Below, piece after piece: positions 61,472-64,000 of a stretch of 64,000 nucleotides of DNA. Source of the stretch: an uncultured Pelagibacteraceae bacterium (lineage in GTDB: Bacteria; Pseudomonadota; Alphaproteobacteria; Pelagibacterales; Pelagibacteraceae). The stretch spans positions 135-64,134 of the forward strand of contig CACPCD010000003.1 of NCBI GenBank assembly GCA_902632315.1. Direction: 5' to 3'. A program made the translations under genes and the position numbers. Within the stretch, counting starts at the first letter, position 1; each line of letters starts with the position of its first letter. The notes under the pieces are model-generated. The model was not told the origin of the DNA. It did not search any database and saw nothing but the letters and a program-made list of their open reading frames with translations.

Positions 61472-64000
61472 ATGCAACTTAAAGATTACATTCCATCAAT
61501 TAATAAAAAGCATTCTAAAATTTTTTTCTCAGGTGTTTCTTTTGAAAGCTCTAAAGTAAAAAAAGATTATATATTTTTTGCAATTAAAGGAAATAATTTT
61601 GATGGAAATGATTATATTGCTGAAGCTATAAAAAAAGGAGCTAGCGTAATAATATCAGAAAAAAAAATACACAAAAAAAAAGGAAATGTAATTTATTTGT
61701 ACTCATCAAATGTGAGAAAATTATTAGCAGAAATTTCATATAAAATTTTACTTAAAAAACCAAAAAAATTAATAGCTGTTACAGGAACCAATGGAAAATC
61801 GTCCGTAAGTGATTTTTTCTTTCAAATACTCAATTTAAATTCAAAAAAAGTTGCATCGATTGGGACAATTGGCGTTAAGTATCAAAATAAAAAAAAAAGT
61901 CTAACAAATACAACTTTAGATCCAATTCAATTAAGCTCAATATTAAGTGAATTAAAAAAAAACAAGATTGAATATGTGATAATGGAGGCATCAAGTCACG
62001 GATTAAAACAAAATAGGTTAGATGGATTAATATTTGATATTGGAATATTCACAAACCTATCACATGATCATTTAGATTATCATAAAAATATGAAAAGATA
62101 CTTTAAATCAAAGTTATATCTTTTCGAGAAATTAGTTAAAAAAGAAGGAAATATTATTACTGATGCTAATATTCCTCAAAGAAAAAAAATAGAAAATATT
62201 TCTTTAAAAAATAAAATTAATTTTAATTTAATTTTCAGCAATAAAAATGGAATTGAAATCATTTCTCACGAATTTTCAGGTGAAAAACAAATTTTAATTA
62301 TAAGATATAAAGGCAAAACACATAAAGTAGTATTAAACTTAATTGGAAAAATTCAGTTAAATAACTTACTTATGGCTATGCTAGCTGTAAACAAATGTGG
62401 TCTTAAATTTGAAAAAATTATTAAAACAATCCATAAACTAAAATCAGTAGAAGGAAGGCTTGAAAAAATTGGTAAAATTAAAAATAACAGTAAAGTTTTT
62501 TTGGATTATGCTCACTCACCAGCTGCGTTAAAACTAGTTTTAACTAATATAAAAGAGCAATTTCCAAGAAGTAAATTAAGTTTAGTTTTTGGCTGTGGAG
62601 GTGAAAGAGACAAAAAAAAAAGAACTATCATGGGAAGAATTGCTGACAAGTATTCTGATAAAATTTTTCTAACAGATGATAATCCAAGAAATGAAAATCC
62701 CTCTAAGATAAGAAAAGATATAAAGAAAGGTATAATAAAAAATCAAATTCAAGAATTTCCCAGTAGAAAAGAAGCTATATATAAAGCTATTAAATATCTC
62801 AAAACAGGAGAATTATTATTAGTAGCAGGCAAAGGTCATGAAAAGACCCAAGACTATGGTAAGAAAAAAATTTTTTTTTCTGACTCAAGAGAAATTTTAA
62901 AAGCAATTAAAGATAAAAATAAATCTTTGTCAAACAATATAAAATTAAACATTCTTAAAGAGGAGACTAAATTGAATATATCTAACAAATTAATTTTAAA
63001 AAATATTTCTATAAACTCCAAAACAGTAAAAGAGAATGACGTATTTTTTGCGATCAGAGGTAAGAGAGTTGATGGGAATAGATTTGTTGCAGAAGCTCTA
63101 AAAAAAAAATCAAGTTTAGCAATTGTAAACAAAATCGATAAAAGATATCCATTATCTAAACAAATTAAAGTTGATAATACTCTTAACTTTTTAACACGAT
63201 GTTCCTCAATTTTTAGAGGAAGTGCTAAAGCAAAAATTATCTCAGTTACAGGAAGCTGTGGAAAAACAACTTTAAAAGAAATGATTGGTTTAACCTTAAA
63301 AAAAGTATCAAAAGCAACTTTTTCACCAAAATCATTCAATAACAAGTATGGAGTTCCCCTAAGTTTGTTTAATTTAAAACAAAATGACAAATTTGGTGTC
63401 TTTGAAGTGGGCATGGACAAAAAAGGAGAGATAGACAAATTAACAAAAATAATTGCTCCTGATTTAGGAATTATTACTAATATTAGTTACGCTCACTCAA
63501 AAAATTTTAAGAATATTAATCAAATAGCAAAAGCTAAATCAGAAATAATGAATAATATCAAAGAAGGTGGCTTGATTATTTTAAATAGGGACGATAATTT
63601 TTATGATTATCTTCAAAATGTAGCGCTCAAAAGAAAGTTAAAGATTATTTCTTTTGGAATTAAAAATAAATTTTCCATGGTTAAATTACTTAAAATTAAG
63701 AAAAAAAATAATAAATTTAAGTTGTTTATAAAAGTGAAAAGTAAAGTTTTGTCTTTTTATTCTCAAAATATTAATAAAAGTCATCTATATAATATACTAG
63801 CGACAGTGGCTTCAATAAAATCGTTTATAGATATTTCTAATTTAAAAGAAAACGTCTTTTTAGATTTTAAGATCCCGAATGGAAGAGGAGATATTTCGGT
63901 AGTCAGATTAAAAAATAAAAAAATTCATTTAATAGATGAGACTTATAATTCAAATCCTTTATCACTTAAAACTGCTATAGAAAACTTTGATAATATAGTG
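61472..64000 (+). CDS. murE-murF: Bifunctional MurE-MurF ligase fusion (runs off the window edge; absent from ORF track)
   Basis: One open frame from ATG 61472. MurE motifs TGTNGKS, MEASSHG, DHLDYH, DYAHS, DDNPR, AGKGHE; then MurF motifs TGSCGKTT, SFNNKYGVP, FEVGM, DETYNSNP. Confidence 0.93.
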   Translation, partial: MQLKDYIPSINKKHSKIFFSGVSFESSKVKKDYIFFAIKGNNFDGNDYIAEAIKKGASVIISEKKIHKKKGNVIYLYSSNVRKLLAEISYKILLKKPKKLIAVTGTNGKSSVSDFFFQILNLNSKKVASIGTIGVKYQNKKKSLTNTTLDPIQLSSILSELKKNKIEYVIMEASSHGLKQNRLDGLIFDIGIFTNLSHDHLDYHKNMKRYFKSKLYLFEKLVKKEGNIITDANIPQRKKIENISLKNKINFNLIFSNKNGIEIISHEFSGEKQILIIRYKGKTHKVVLNLIGKIQLNNLLMAMLAVNKCGLKFEKIIKTIHKLKSVEGRLEKIGKIKNNSKVFLDYAHSPAALKLVLTNIKEQFPRSKLSLVFGCGGERDKKKRTIMGRIADKYSDKIFLTDDNPRNENPSKIRKDIKKGIIKNQIQEFPSRKEAIYKAIKYLKTGELLLVAGKGHEKTQDYGKKKIFFSDSREILKAIKDKNKSLSNNIKLNILKEETKLNISNKLILKNISINSKTVKENDVFFAIRGKRVDGNRFVAEALKKKSSLAIVNKIDKRYPLSKQIKVDNTLNFLTRCSSIFRGSAKAKIISVTGSCGKTTLKEMIGLTLKKVSKATFSPKSFNNKYGVPLSLFNLKQNDKFGVFEVGMDKKGEIDKLTKIIAPDLGIITNISYAHSKNFKNINQIAKAKSEIMNNIKEGGLIILNRDDNFYDYLQNVALKRKLKIISFGIKNKFSMVKLLKIKKKNNKFKLFIKVKSKVLSFYSQNINKSHLYNILATVASIKSFIDISNLKENVFLDFKIPNGRGDISVVRLKNKKIHLIDETYNSNPLSLKTAIENFDNIV

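Overview
A very AT-rich, densely packed core-chromosome segment of a streamlined alphaproteobacterium. Gene order, tiny or overlapping intergenic spaces, ccrM, petABC, the crtIBY-blh retinal cassette and a murE-murF fusion all point to SAR11/Pelagibacterales; this assignment is inferred, not searched. The window holds about 58 CDS, three tRNAs (Gln-TTG, Val-GAC, Ile2-CAT) and the RNase P RNA. I found no CRISPR array, integrase, transposase or prophage. Three genes are missing or truncated in the ORF track: thrB (partial, left edge), pgeF (CTG start) and murE-murF (partial, right edge). The most unusual signals are: (1) a 798-aa SMC with intact ATPase heads but no recognisable hinge; (2) a tRNA-Val(GAC) whose whole D-loop/T-loop elbow is rewired; (3) a selenoprotein-J/crystallin-J1-like ADP-ribosylglycohydrolase coupled to trxB, opposite an ELM1 + 2OG-Fe(II) oxygenase pair; (4) repair and replication proteins that have lost metal ligands or catalytic residues; (5) ftsZ placed directly behind mraZ, under a promoter with MraZ boxes and a GANTC-centred palindrome. 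All calls come from motif recognition by eye; no database search was run.
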